Assembly: GCA_963773315.1 (NCBI GenBank)
Contig: CAVZAF010000002.1
Coordinates: 411,410 to 475,409, forward strand
Length of the DNA: 64,000 bases
Direction: 5' to 3'
Source: an uncultured Acidimicrobiales bacterium
Lineage (GTDB): Bacteria; Actinomycetota; Acidimicrobiia; Acidimicrobiales; DATKAS01
In this document: one piece after another, positions 10,996 through 22,707 of the stretch
How the letters are laid out: every line of letters begins with the position of its first letter
Numbering within the stretch: the stretch's first letter is position 1
Position numbers and translations under genes: made by a program
Notes under the pieces: generated by a model
Database searches by the model: none
The model's input: only the letters and a program-made list of their open reading frames with translations
Told to the model about the DNA's origin: nothing

Positions 10996-11449
10996 GGTGA
11001 TGACGACCAACGTCGTCTCGTTCACCCGAGAAGAGTCCGTCGCCGACGGCATGCAGCGGCTGATCGACGCGAACGTGAGCGGCGGCCCCGTCGTCGACGG
11101 CGACAACAAGGTCGTCGGCATGCTCACCGACAGCGACCTCATCGTCCAGGACGCGCAGCTGCACGCACCCACAGCGATCGCGATCCTCGGCACGGTCATC
11201 TCCCTCCCGAAGGCGCGGCGCGAGTTCGAGGAGGAGCTCCACAAGCAGATCGGGCTCACCGTCGGCGAGGTGATGGGAGAGGAACCGATCACGATCCATG
11301 CCGACGCCGCCGTCGAGGACGCCGCGACGCTCATGCACGACGAGGACGTGTCCCGGATTCCCGTCGTCGACGACGAGGGTCGCCTCGTCGGGGTGATCGC
11401 ACGCGGCGACATCCTTCGCTACATGGTCAGCGGGCGCGACTCGAGCTGA
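10976..11449 (+). CDS. CBS domain pair protein
   Basis: AAGGAG lies 5 nt before the ATG at 10976. The translation is MPTSVREVMTTNVVSFTREESVADGMQRLIDANVSGGPVVD...EDVSRIPVVDDEGRLVGVIARGDILRY. Confidence 0.85.
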   Translation: MPTSVREVMTTNVVSFTREESVADGMQRLIDANVSGGPVVDGDNKVVGMLTDSDLIVQDAQLHAPTAIAILGTVISLPKARREFEEELHKQIGLTVGEVMGEEPITIHADAAVEDAATLMHDEDVSRIPVVDDEGRLVGVIARGDILRYMVSGRDSS

Positions 11450-11462
11450 GTCGCGCAGTCCG

Positions 11463-12593
11463 TTGCGTCCCACCGTCGCCGAGGTCGATCTCGAAGCCAT
11501 CCGACAGAACGTCCGGCTGCTGCGCAAGGTCGCGTCTCCGGCGGCGCTGTGCGCGGTCGTCAAGGCGAACGGATATGGCCACGGCGCGCTCGAGGTGTCG
11601 GTCGCCGCGCTCGAAGCCGGCGCGACGAGCCTTGCAGTCGCGCTCGTCGAAGAGGGCGTCGCGCTGCGCGACGAGGGCATCGCCGCGCGGATCATCGTGC
11701 TCTCCGAGCCGCCGCTCGATGCGATGGAAGCTGCGCTCCAGCACAACCTCGAGCCCGCGGTGTACACGTTCGACGGCATCCAAGAGGCGCTGCGTGCGGT
11801 GCTTCGCGCGCCTGGTGCTCCCGTGTGGCCGCTGCACCTGAAGGTCGACACGGGGATGCACCGCGTCGGATGCAGCCCCGACGAGGCCCTCGTACTCGCG
11901 CGGGCGATCCACCGTCGTCCCGAGCTCGTGCTCGGCAGCGTCTTCACGCACGGCGCGGTCGAGGACGAACCAGACAACGACTTCACGATGCGCCAGCTCG
12001 CGGCGTTCGACGAGGTCGTTCGTCTCATCGGCGCCGAGAACATCCCGGTGCCGTTCACGCACGTGGCGAACTCCGCCGGCGCGATCGCGCATCCCGCGGC
12101 GCGCCACGACCTCGTCCGCTGCGGCATCGCGATCTATGGGCTCGCACCCTCGCCCCAGGTCGACGCGCTGGTCCCCGAACCTGGGTTGCGCCCCGCGATG
12201 CGGTTGCGGTCCGAGGTGTCGTTCGTGAAGGTCGTCGCTGCGGGCGAAGGCGTCTCCTACGGGCTCCGCCATACCTTCGACGAAGACACCGTCGTCGCGA
12301 CCGTCCCGATCGGATACGCGGACGGCGTGCGTCGCAACCTCGGGCTCGCGGGCGGTGAGGTGCTCATCGGCGGGCAACGACGGCCGATCGTCGGCGTCGT
12401 GACCATGGATCAGCTGATGGTCGCTTGCGACGACACCGTCCACGTCGGCGACGAGGTCGTGCTGATCGGCGACCAGGGCGAGGAGCGCGTCACCGCAACC
12501 GAGTGGGCCGATCGACTGGGCACGATCAGCTACGAGATCGTCTGCGCCATCAGCGCGCGGGTGCCTCGCGAGTATCCCGGGGAGGACGAGTGA
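11463..12593 (+). CDS. alr: Alanine racemase
   Basis: 376-aa ORF with AVVKANGYGHG (PLP-binding lysine) and VSYGLRHTF...PIGYADG. Confidence 0.92.
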   Translation: MRPTVAEVDLEAIRQNVRLLRKVASPAALCAVVKANGYGHGALEVSVAALEAGATSLAVALVEEGVALRDEGIAARIIVLSEPPLDAMEAALQHNLEPAVYTFDGIQEALRAVLRAPGAPVWPLHLKVDTGMHRVGCSPDEALVLARAIHRRPELVLGSVFTHGAVEDEPDNDFTMRQLAAFDEVVRLIGAENIPVPFTHVANSAGAIAHPAARHDLVRCGIAIYGLAPSPQVDALVPEPGLRPAMRLRSEVSFVKVVAAGEGVSYGLRHTFDEDTVVATVPIGYADGVRRNLGLAGGEVLIGGQRRPIVGVVTMDQLMVACDDTVHVGDEVVLIGDQGEERVTATEWADRLGTISYEIVCAISARVPREYPGEDE

Positions 12594-13513
12594 TCACCGA
12601 CGTCGCGGGCATCCGCGTCGGGCACTGGACGCATCCCGAAGCTCAGACCGGCTGCACGGTGATCCTGTTCCCCGACGGCACGGTCGCGTCGGGCGAGGTG
12701 CGGGGTGGCGCGCCGGCGACGCGCGAGTTCGATCTGCTGTCGCCCGAACGCATCGTCGACCGCCTCGATGCCGTCGTGCTCACCGGTGGCTCGGCATTCG
12801 GGCTCGCCGCGGCGGACGGAGTGATGCGTTGGTGCGCCGAGGAGGATTCCGGGTTCCCGACGGGCGCCGGGCCGGTGCCGATCGTCGTCGCCATGGCGCT
12901 GTTCGACCTGCTCGTCGGTGACGGGTCGGTGCGCCCCGGCGCGGTGGAGGGCTACGCCGCATGCAGCGACGCGGGGACTGGTCACGTGCAGGTCGGGCGC
13001 ATCGGAGCCGGCGCGGGAGCGACGATCGGGAAGTGGCGAGGACGCGAGCACGCGCGGCCCGGCGGACTCGGCAGCGCGACAGTCCGGGACGGCGAGCTCG
13101 TCGTCAGCGCGCTGATCGCCCTGAACGCCGTGGGCGACATCGACGACGGCAGCGACCCGAGCTGGCCGCCCCCGCCCCCCGAAGGTGTGTTCGGAGGGGC
13201 GGGCAGTGTGTTCGGAGGGGCGGGCAGTGTGTTCGGAGGGGCGGGCAGTGTGTTCGGCGCCGGGGAGAACACGACGATCGGCGTGGTCGCGACGAACGCG
13301 AAGCTCGACAAGGTCGGCTGTCTGCTCGTCGCGCAGGGCGGTCACGACGGGTTGGCTCGGGCTCTGATGCCGTCGCATGCTCGCGGAGACGGCGACGCGA
13401 TCGTCGCCGCCGCGACGGGAGGCGTCGACGCGGTCGTCGATCACGTCCGCTTCCTCGCGGTGCGCGCCGCCGAGCGCGCGATCCGGTCGGTGGCTCCGGC
13501 CGGGCACCCCTGA
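12590..13513 (+). CDS. Peptidase S58 / DmpA (L-aminopeptidase-D-esterase) family protein
   Basis: The GTG at 12590 overlaps the alr stop. The translation is ITDVAGIRVGHWTHPEAQTGCTVILFP...VVLTGGSAFGLAAADGVMRW...GENTTIGVVATNAKLDK. Confidence 0.8.
   Translation: MITDVAGIRVGHWTHPEAQTGCTVILFPDGTVASGEVRGGAPATREFDLLSPERIVDRLDAVVLTGGSAFGLAAADGVMRWCAEEDSGFPTGAGPVPIVVAMALFDLLVGDGSVRPGAVEGYAACSDAGTGHVQVGRIGAGAGATIGKWRGREHARPGGLGSATVRDGELVVSALIALNAVGDIDDGSDPSWPPPPPEGVFGGAGSVFGGAGSVFGGAGSVFGAGENTTIGVVATNAKLDKVGCLLVAQGGHDGLARALMPSHARGDGDAIVAAATGGVDAVVDHVRFLAVRAAERAIRSVAPAGHP
13185..13257 (+). repeat. In-frame 21-bp tandem repeat, about 3.5 copies, inside the DmpA-like CDS
   Basis: The unit gtgtgttcggaggggcgggca recurs at 13185, 13206 and 13227, with a partial copy at 13248. 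It encodes GVFGGAGSVFGGAGSVFGGAGSVFG. Confidence 0.95.
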
Positions 13514-13538
13514 GCCTCGGACACCTAGCCTTGCCCCA

Positions 13539-14093
13539 GTGGTGACCCTCAGCGAGCTGGCTGTCGAGGCTTCGACGTGCACCCGCTGCGCACTTGCCGC
13601 CGGGCGCACGCAAGTCGTGTTCGGGATGGGACGTTCCGACGCGGACCTTCTCTTCGTCGGCGAGGGACCAGGAGCCGAGGAGGACAAGCAGGGCCTGCCG
13701 TTCGTTGGCCGTTCCGGCAAGCTCCTCGACCGGCTGCTGGCCGAGGAGCTCGGCATCACTCGCGACGAGTGCTACATCGCGAACGTCGTGAAGTGCAGGC
13801 CGCCGGAGAACCGCGACCCTCGTCCCGACGAGATCGCCGCGTGCCGCCCGTGGCTCGCACAGCAGGTCGATCTCATCCGGCCGAAGGTCGTCGTCACGCT
13901 CGGGCGCTTTGCCGCGCAGCTGCTGCTCGAGACGACCGAGGGCATCACGAAGCTTCGCGGTCGCAGCTACCCCTTCGGTGACGCGGTGCTCGTGCCGACC
14001 TTGCACCCCGCTGCTGCGCTCCGGGGCGGAGCGGAGCCGCTCGCTCAGATGCGGGCCGACTTCGTGCGGGCCAAGCTCGCGCTCGCCGCATGA
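13539..14093 (+). CDS. Uracil-DNA glycosylase, family 4 type
   Basis: The translation includes CTRCALAAGRTQVVFGMGRSDADLLFVGEGPGAEEDKQGLPFVGRSGKLL...ANVVKCRPPENRDP...HPAAALR. The start codon is uncertain (GTG 13539 or 13542). Confidence 0.85.
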   Translation: MVTLSELAVEASTCTRCALAAGRTQVVFGMGRSDADLLFVGEGPGAEEDKQGLPFVGRSGKLLDRLLAEELGITRDECYIANVVKCRPPENRDPRPDEIAACRPWLAQQVDLIRPKVVVTLGRFAAQLLLETTEGITKLRGRSYPFGDAVLVPTLHPAAALRGGAEPLAQMRADFVRAKLALAA

Positions 14094-14581
14094 GCTCGGT
14101 GGCCTTCCGCACCGCGGGAGTCGAGGACACGCGGTCCGTGGCAGGCGTCGTCGCGTCGCTTGCTCGTCGAGGCGACCTCATCCTCCTCGTCGGTGAGCTC
14201 GGAGTCGGGAAGACCGCGTTCGTGCAGGGCTTCGCGCGCGAGCTCGGCATCACCTCGCCCGTCACGAGCCCGACGTTCACGCTCGTCCACCGCTACGAGG
14301 GCAAGCACGTCCTCCATCATGTCGACGTGTACCGCCTCGAACGTCTCAACGAGGTGACCGACCTCGGCCTGCCGGAGATGCTCGACGAGGGCATCACCGT
14401 GATCGAGTGGGGCGACGCTGTGCTGCCCGCGCTGCCCGCCGACTTCCTCGAGGTGCGCCTTTCGTACGTCGACGACACGGACCCGACCTATACCGACGAC
14501 GCGCGCGACCTCGCGTTCACGGTCGTAGGGCCGTCGTGGTCGACGCGGGCTGCCACGATCCGCGCCGCGTTGGAGCGCTGA
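14090..14581 (+). CDS. tsaE: tRNA t6A37 biosynthesis ATPase TsaE
   Basis: The ATG overlaps the previous stop (ATGA). It has the P-loop LVGELGVGKTAFVQG and SPTFTLVHRY. Confidence 0.9.
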   Translation: MSSVAFRTAGVEDTRSVAGVVASLARRGDLILLVGELGVGKTAFVQGFARELGITSPVTSPTFTLVHRYEGKHVLHHVDVYRLERLNEVTDLGLPEMLDEGITVIEWGDAVLPALPADFLEVRLSYVDDTDPTYTDDARDLAFTVVGPSWSTRAATIRAALER

Positions 14582-15279
14582 TGCTCATCCTCGGCATCGA
14601 GACCGCCACGCATCGGGTCGGCTGTGCCATCGGCGGCCACGAAGGCGTGATCGCTCTCTACGAGTCGGCGCGCGATCGGCGTCACGCGGAGACGCTCGTC
14701 CCCGCGATCCAGTTCCTCACCCGCCAAGCCCGCATCGGGCTCGACGAGATCGGCGCGGTCGCCGTGGATGTGGGGCCGGGGCTCTACACCGGGCTTCGAG
14801 TGGGCGTCGCGGCTGCGAAGGCGATCGCGAGCGCGCTGCGGGTGCCGATGGTCGGCATCCCGAGTCTCGATCTGCTGGCGCTCCCAGTGCGGCATACGAG
14901 CCGCACGATCGTCGCGATGATCGACGCGCGGCGAGGCGAGCTCTTCTACGCCTTCTACCGAGCGGTTCCGGGTGGCGTGCAGCGGCTGACTCCGCATCAG
15001 GTCGGCAAGCCGGACGACGTGGTGTCCGAGCTGCAGGCGACGGGGCAGGACGTGCTCCTGGTCGGAGACGGTGCCCGCCGCTATGCCGCGGCGTTCGAGG
15101 ACCTGCGGGGAGTCGAGCTCGTCGAGCAGTGGCTCGCCCATCCTTCAGCGGCGCCCCTCGTGCAGCTCGCGCACTCGTACGCTCTACGGGAGGAGTTCGT
15201 GAACCCGTGGGACCTCGAGCCGGTCTACCTCCGCCGGCCCGACGCAGAGATCAACTGGGAGACTCGAGACAGCCGATGA
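14581..15279 (+). CDS. tsaB: tRNA t6A37 biosynthesis protein TsaB
   Basis: The translation is MLILGIETATHRVGCAIGG...AVAVDVGPGLYTGLRVGVAAAKA. It lies between tsaE and rimI. Confidence 0.9.
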   Translation: MLILGIETATHRVGCAIGGHEGVIALYESARDRRHAETLVPAIQFLTRQARIGLDEIGAVAVDVGPGLYTGLRVGVAAAKAIASALRVPMVGIPSLDLLALPVRHTSRTIVAMIDARRGELFYAFYRAVPGGVQRLTPHQVGKPDDVVSELQATGQDVLLVGDGARRYAAAFEDLRGVELVEQWLAHPSAAPLVQLAHSYALREEFVNPWDLEPVYLRRPDAEINWETRDSR

Positions 15280-15841
15280 GCGCCGCACGCATGCCGCGAG
15301 ACGCCGCCGAACCGCTCGACGTGAAGATCGCATTGATGCATCGGCGCGACGTCCGTCAGGTCATGCCGATCGAGCAGAGGGTCTATCCCCGGGGCTGGAG
15401 CAAGGGTGTCTTCGTGCGAGAGATCGCGCAGCGCACGACCCGGTGCTACCTCACGGCGAAGGTCGGCACGACCCTCGTCGGCTACGCGGGGATGCTCATC
15501 GCTCCGGACGAGGCGCACATCACGAACGTCGCGGTCGCGCCAGAGTGGCAGCGGCACAAGCTCGCGACTCGGCTGCTGCTGGCCCAGGCGCGGGTCGCTT
15601 CGTGGCGAGGGTCTCGCGCGCTCACATTGGAGGTGCGACCCAGCAACACGGGAGCGCAGGAGCTGTACCGGCGGTTCGGCTTCGCTCCCGCAGGGATGCG
15701 CAAGCTGTACTACCGAGATCCCGACGAGGACGGGATGATCATGTGGGCGCACGACATCGATCAGCCCGAGTACCACGCGCGGCTGCGAGCGATCGAGGCC
15801 GAGGTCTCCGGCACCACGGTGGTCGACGACGAGGTGTGGCG

Positions 15842-15845
<4 letters not shown>
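15276..15845 (+). CDS. rimI: Ribosomal-protein-alanine N-acetyltransferase
   Basis: GNAT fold with HITNVAVAPEWQRHKLATRLL...LEVRPSNTGAQELYRRFGF. Start and stop both overlap the neighbouring genes in the tsaEB-rimI-tsaD operon. Confidence 0.85.
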
Positions 15846-16867
<1,022 letters not shown>

Positions 16868-16889
16868 GTCGCTGGTCTTCTTGTCGATT

Positions 16890-16912
16890 CGCCGGCCATA
16901 TGCCGGCGTTTT
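16890..16912 (+). terminator. Intrinsic terminator hairpin after tsaD
   Basis: The stem is cgccggc / gccggcg (7 bp) with loop catat, followed by tttt at 16909-16912. It sits between convergent genes. Confidence 0.55.
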
Positions 16913-16929
16913 GACAAAAGAACCAGCCG

Positions 16930-17325
16930 TCAGAGCTGGATGAGGCCGGCGTTGGTGGGGGTGAACCCGCAGGCGCCGAAGTAGAACTCGCGCAGGTCGT
17001 CGTCGAAGTCGACGTGCAGCCACTCGCATCCCGCGGCGCGGGCGTGGTGGATCGCGACGCCGACGAGCTCGGTGCCGATGCCCTGGCGGGCGTGGGTCTG
17101 GGCGGTGAGGGTGTCGAGGATGAACGCGTGGACGGCGCCGTCCCACGCGACGTTCACGAACCCGACCAACGCCTCGGCGTCGCGGGCCGTGACCCAGCCG
17201 AGGCTGTGGCGAGCGAGCTGGCCGACCCAGTCGTCCTCGAGCACCCGGTGATCGAAGCGGTCGGCGTGGAGCCGGTTGACCTCGTCGTTTGTGAACCGGC
17301 CCCGCCACTCGTAGAAGATCGCCAT
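16930..17325 (-). CDS. GNAT family N-acetyltransferase
   Basis: 131 aa from the internal Met ([11 protein letters not shown]...). The acetyl-CoA motif is [22 protein letters not shown]. The longer ORF upstream (to 17982) is antisense to groES/groEL and is rejected. Confidence 0.8.
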   Translation of the reverse strand: MAIFYEWRGRFTNDEVNRLHADRFDHRVLEDDWVGQLARHSLGWVTARDAEALVGFVNVAWDGAVHAFILDTLTAQTHARQGIGTELVGVAIHHARAAGCEWLHVDFDDDLREFYFGACGFTPTNAGLIQL

Positions 17326-17346
17326 CGCAGTCGGAGGGTAGGCCCG

Positions 17347-17375
17347 GTTGCACCTGGGGGCCGAGGCTCGTATCG
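17347..17375 (+). promoter_or_regulatory. Candidate groES promoter
   Basis: TTGCAC at 17347-17352, a 17-nt spacer, then TATCGT at 17370-17375. It abuts the CIRCE element. Confidence 0.45.
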
Positions 17376-17401
17376 TTAGCACTCGACCCATGAGAGTGCT
17401 A
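17375..17401 (+). promoter_or_regulatory. CIRCE operator (HrcA binding site)
   Basis: Exact match to the consensus TTAGCACTC-N9-GAGTGCTAA (ttagcactc gacccatga gagtgctaa). It ends 18 nt upstream of the groES start. Confidence 0.92.
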
Positions 17402-17418
17402 ACCACGGAGGCTGGCGT

Positions 17419-19372
<1,954 letters not shown>

Positions 19373-19401
19373 CCCCTCCGTTCTCGAGAGAACGATCGAC
19401 T

Positions 19402-19432
19402 GCGCCCCGGGCCTGTGCCCGGGGCGCTTTCG
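19402..19432 (+). terminator. Intrinsic terminator after groEL
   Basis: Perfect 11-bp stem gcgccccgggc / gcccggggcgc with loop ctgt, followed by tttcg. Confidence 0.6.
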
Positions 19433-19455
19433 CGCCCGACCGTTAGGCTCGGCTC

Positions 19456-19632
19456 ATGGCCGACCGCCCGCCGCCCGACCCCGCGAAGCTCCTCGAGTAC
19501 TGGATGGAGTGGGAGCGCGGCGACGAGAGCCCGGGACGCGTGATGGCGAACTTGAAGACGCACGGACTCCGGGAGCTGCTCGAGGACCTCGGGTCAGAGG
19601 CACCGGCACCGTCGACGTCCCAGACGGGGTGA
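19456..19632 (+). CDS. Small hypothetical protein (58 aa)
   Basis: The translation is MADRPPPDPAKLLEYWMEWERGDESPGRVMANLKTHGLRELLEDLGSEAPAPSTSQTG. It has high GC3. Its stop overlaps the next start as GTGA. It is below the 60-aa cutoff of the ORF track. Confidence 0.4.
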   Translation: MADRPPPDPAKLLEYWMEWERGDESPGRVMANLKTHGLRELLEDLGSEAPAPSTSQTG

Positions 19633-20283
19633 CTGCACCGATCCCACGTCCGGCTGACGTCCGCGCGGGCGACCCTGCTCCTTGGGCAGGCCTCGACGCG
19701 GCCGATCGGTTCGTCGACCTCGCAAAGGCGAGGGCGGGCCTCGCGGGCCGCGCCCCTCGCCCCGCGCTCGACAGAAGCACCCGAGGATCGCCCTTCCGCA
19801 GTGCTGGTGCCGCTCTTCGAGGAGGAGGGCGAGCTGCGTGTCCTGCTGACGTTGCGCAACTCGAACCTGCGCAGCCACGCCGGGCAGGTGAGCTTCCCAG
19901 GCGGCCGGATGGACCCCGGTGAGGATCCGGTCACGACGGCGCTGCGCGAAGCGAACGAGGAGACGGCGCTCGACCCCAGCTGTGTCGAGATCGTCGGCGA
20001 GCTCGATCACTTGCGCACGGTCGTGAGCAACTCGTTCATCGTGCCGATCGTCGGTGTGCTCGCCGCGCGGCAAGTGCTCAGGCCCAACCCCGCCGAGGTC
20101 GACCGCATCTTCGACGTCTCGATCTCCGAGCTCCTCGCTCACGGCGTGTACAGAGAGGAGCGTTGGGGGATCCCGAACATCGAGCGAGCGATCAGCTTCT
20201 TCGAGGTCGAGGGTGAGACGGTGTGGGGTGCGACCGGCACCATGCTCAAGAACTTCCTCATGCTCTCGCTGGGGCTCGGGTGA
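19629..20283 (+). CDS. NUDIX hydrolase, CoA pyrophosphatase-like (probable frameshift about 19745-19795)
   Basis: The Nudix box is GQVSFPGGRMDPGEDPVTTALREANEETAL, preceded by RPSAVLVPLF. A protein-like N-terminus (VTAPIPRPADVRAGDPAPWAGLDAADRFVDLAKARAGL) sits in another frame, starting at GTG 19629. The minimal intact ORF is 19801-20283. Confidence 0.72.
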
Positions 20284-20816
20284 TCAGGCCGATCGGCTTC
20301 GACGCGGTCGCGGGTGGCGCCGTCACGCTCCGGCCCTGGGAGCCGGCCGACGTGTCGTTCGTCTTCGACGCGTGCCAAGACCCTGAGATCCAGCGTTGGA
20401 CGAACTTGCCGTCGCCGTTCAAGGCCGCGGACGCGATCGCATTGCTCCACCTCTCGACGTCCTTGCGGGAGGAGGGCAAGGCCGCACTCTTCGCGATCAC
20501 GTCGACCGACCAGGGCGAGCTGCTGGGCGCCGCGTCGGTGCGCGATGTCGACCACCGCCGCCGGCAGGCATTGATCGGCTATTGGCTCGCGGTCGAGGCT
20601 CGGCACCGGGGAGCCGCGACCGCTGCGGTCGTCGCACTCTCGGACTGGGCGCTCGACGCGCTCGACCTCGATGAGGTTTACGCCGACGTGCTGCGCGGCA
20701 ACGAGGCCTCGACCCGGGTGCTCGAGCGCTGCGGATACGAGGAGCGTGCCGAGGGAAGCTGCACGCAGCGGGGCCTGTCACTGCCATCGACCAGGTACGT
20801 GCGCCGAGCCGGTTAA
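20280..20816 (+). CDS. GNAT family N-acetyltransferase (RimJ/RimL-like)
   Basis: The GTG overlaps the previous stop. The translation is LRPWEPADVSFVFDACQDPEIQRWTNLP...IGYWLAVEARHRGAATAAV...NEASTRVLERCGY. Confidence 0.8.
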   Translation: MIRPIGFDAVAGGAVTLRPWEPADVSFVFDACQDPEIQRWTNLPSPFKAADAIALLHLSTSLREEGKAALFAITSTDQGELLGAASVRDVDHRRRQALIGYWLAVEARHRGAATAAVVALSDWALDALDLDEVYADVLRGNEASTRVLERCGYEERAEGSCTQRGLSLPSTRYVRRAG

Positions 20817-20825
20817 CTTCCGACG

Positions 20826-21392
20826 GTGTCGGGGTCTGGCAGTCGCCGAGGACGCACGAAGCTGATCCTGCTCATCAGCGGAGCGGTGCTCTCGGCGGTC
20901 GGACTCGTCGGCCTCCTCGTCGACCGGACCGACGAGACCTCGGCGAGCGCTGCTCCCGCGACCACGTCCCCGTCGGCGTCGTCGACATCGGCCGCCTCGA
21001 CGACGGTCGCTCCCGCCGAGTCGGTGACGACGACATCGACGATCGCTCCCGCCGAGACGCCTGAGCTGTTCTTGGGGTTGCTCGCCGCGGCGTACCGCAG
21101 CGACGACGTCGACTTCCTCGTCTCCCGGCTGAACCCCGCAGTCATCGAACGGTTCGGCGAGGAAGCGTGCCGCGCGAACTTGACGTTCCCGCCTGACCCC
21201 ACTGCCGCGTTCACCGTCAAGAGCGTGAGCGAGCCGCAGCCCTACGACTACAAGACCGACACCCGGACGACGACGGTGCCGAACACGCTCTTCGTGGATG
21301 TCGACCAGGTCGGGGGAGGGTCGACGCAGGCGGTGACGGTGCACCTCACACCGGTCGACGGGAAGCTGACATGGTTCCGAAACTGCGCCTGA
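20826..21392 (+). CDS. Hypothetical membrane-anchored protein with Ser/Thr/Ala-rich linker
   Basis: It has an N-terminal TM helix (LILLISGAVLSAVGLVGLLV), then an S/T/A-rich stretch, then a globular C-terminal part. I recognise no family. Confidence 0.6.
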   Translation: MSGSGSRRGRTKLILLISGAVLSAVGLVGLLVDRTDETSASAAPATTSPSASSTSAASTTVAPAESVTTTSTIAPAETPELFLGLLAAAYRSDDVDFLVSRLNPAVIERFGEEACRANLTFPPDPTAAFTVKSVSEPQPYDYKTDTRTTTVPNTLFVDVDQVGGGSTQAVTVHLTPVDGKLTWFRNCA

Positions 21393-21712
21393 TCGTCGGG
21401 AGCGCCGTGGCGCTGGCGGTCATGGTGGCCGCGGGCCCCGTCGCAGCCGCGAGCTCAGCGGGTGGCTCTGACGGTGGCGCCGGCATCAAGTGGTTCCCGT
21501 GGGTGCCACTGCTCGTCGTCGGCATCGGTCTCGGGATCGCGGGCGTGGTCATGCGCAAGGACGCTTCCGAGCACGATCCCAAGCAAGACACGAGGGACGA
21601 CGACACGGGGGAGTCGCCGGTGGTGCATCGGCCTCCGCCCGCGGCAACCGGCTCGACCGGCAACGAGCGCACGCCACCGCGGCCGCCGCCGAAGCCGTCG
21701 CGAGGATCCTGA
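21371..21712 (+). CDS. Hypothetical small membrane protein
   Basis: It has a signal/TM-like N-terminus, a second TM helix (WVPLLVVGIGLGIAGVVM) and a Pro-rich tail. It overlaps the previous gene by 22 nt. Confidence 0.55.
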   Translation: MVPKLRLIVGSAVALAVMVAAGPVAAASSAGGSDGGAGIKWFPWVPLLVVGIGLGIAGVVMRKDASEHDPKQDTRDDDTGESPVVHRPPPAATGSTGNERTPPRPPPKPSRGS

Positions 21713-21732
21713 GCAAGGCATACCGTTGGCGC

Positions 21733-22707
21733 GTGTCAGACCACGGCGGATCGCACGACCCTGCGGACATCGATCCGCATCGCTTCGCAGTGCACACGGC
21801 CTCGCCGCGCGGCCTGCGCCAGGCCTACGTGCGGGAGGGCATGGGCGGGGTGCCGCTGCTGCTCGTGCACGGCTGGCCTGAGACCAAGCGCATCTACTGG
21901 AAGGTGATCGCGCCACTCGCGGACGCCGGGTTCGACGTCATCGTCCCCGACCTGCGGGGGTTCGGCGACAGCGACGTGGCGACGGGCTTCCACGACGTGC
22001 CTGCGCACAGCCGCGACCTCTACGCCCTCGTGCACGATCACCTCGGGCTCGACGGCGTCGTCCTCTGTGCCGGTGATCTCGGCGGCCCCGTCATCCAAGA
22101 CATGTCGCTGCGGTTTCCGCAATGGGTCGACCGGATGGTGCTCTTCAATTCACCGTTGCCTTTCGACAAGGAGGAGATGGCCGGGATGGCGACGCGCCCG
22201 GCCACTGAGGCGAGCGACTACTTCGTGCGCCAGGGCACTGACCCCGACGGACTCGCGGCGGAGCTCGACACGCCCGAGAAGCGTCGCCGCTACATCGCGA
22301 CCTTTTACACGTCTCGGTTCTGGGCTCATCCGGGCGCGTTCACGGTGCGCGGATCAACCGGCCGGTTCGGCGCGAGCGAGGCCATCGACTTCCACACCGA
22401 GCCCTTTGCCGACGGCAAGAAGCTGCGCGCCAGCTTCGGTGGCTACGAGAGCACGTTCTCCGGCGCCGCGCGCAGCGAGCCGACGACGATGGCGACGCCG
22501 AACTTCACGCGCTGCCTCATCTTGTTCGGCACCTCGGATCACGTGATCTACCCCGAGTTCGACCGCATGGCTGCGGTCGTGTTCCCGAAGCACGTGGGGC
22601 CGTTCTTGCTCCGCGACTGCGGCCACTTCGTGCCTTGGGAAGCACCGCACGCCCTGGTCAGCGGCCTGGTCGCGTTTTGCGGCGACAGGCTCGCGCCGCC
22701 CCGCTGA
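21733..22707 (+). CDS. Alpha/beta hydrolase (epoxide hydrolase / haloacid dehalogenase-like subgroup)
   Basis: The translation is PLLLVHGWPETKRIYWKVIAPLADAGFDVIVPDLRGFGDSD...GDLGGPV...CGHFVPWEAP. The start is taken at GTG 21733. Confidence 0.85.
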   Translation: MSDHGGSHDPADIDPHRFAVHTASPRGLRQAYVREGMGGVPLLLVHGWPETKRIYWKVIAPLADAGFDVIVPDLRGFGDSDVATGFHDVPAHSRDLYALVHDHLGLDGVVLCAGDLGGPVIQDMSLRFPQWVDRMVLFNSPLPFDKEEMAGMATRPATEASDYFVRQGTDPDGLAAELDTPEKRRRYIATFYTSRFWAHPGAFTVRGSTGRFGASEAIDFHTEPFADGKKLRASFGGYESTFSGAARSEPTTMATPNFTRCLILFGTSDHVIYPEFDRMAAVVFPKHVGPFLLRDCGHFVPWEAPHALVSGLVAFCGDRLAPPR

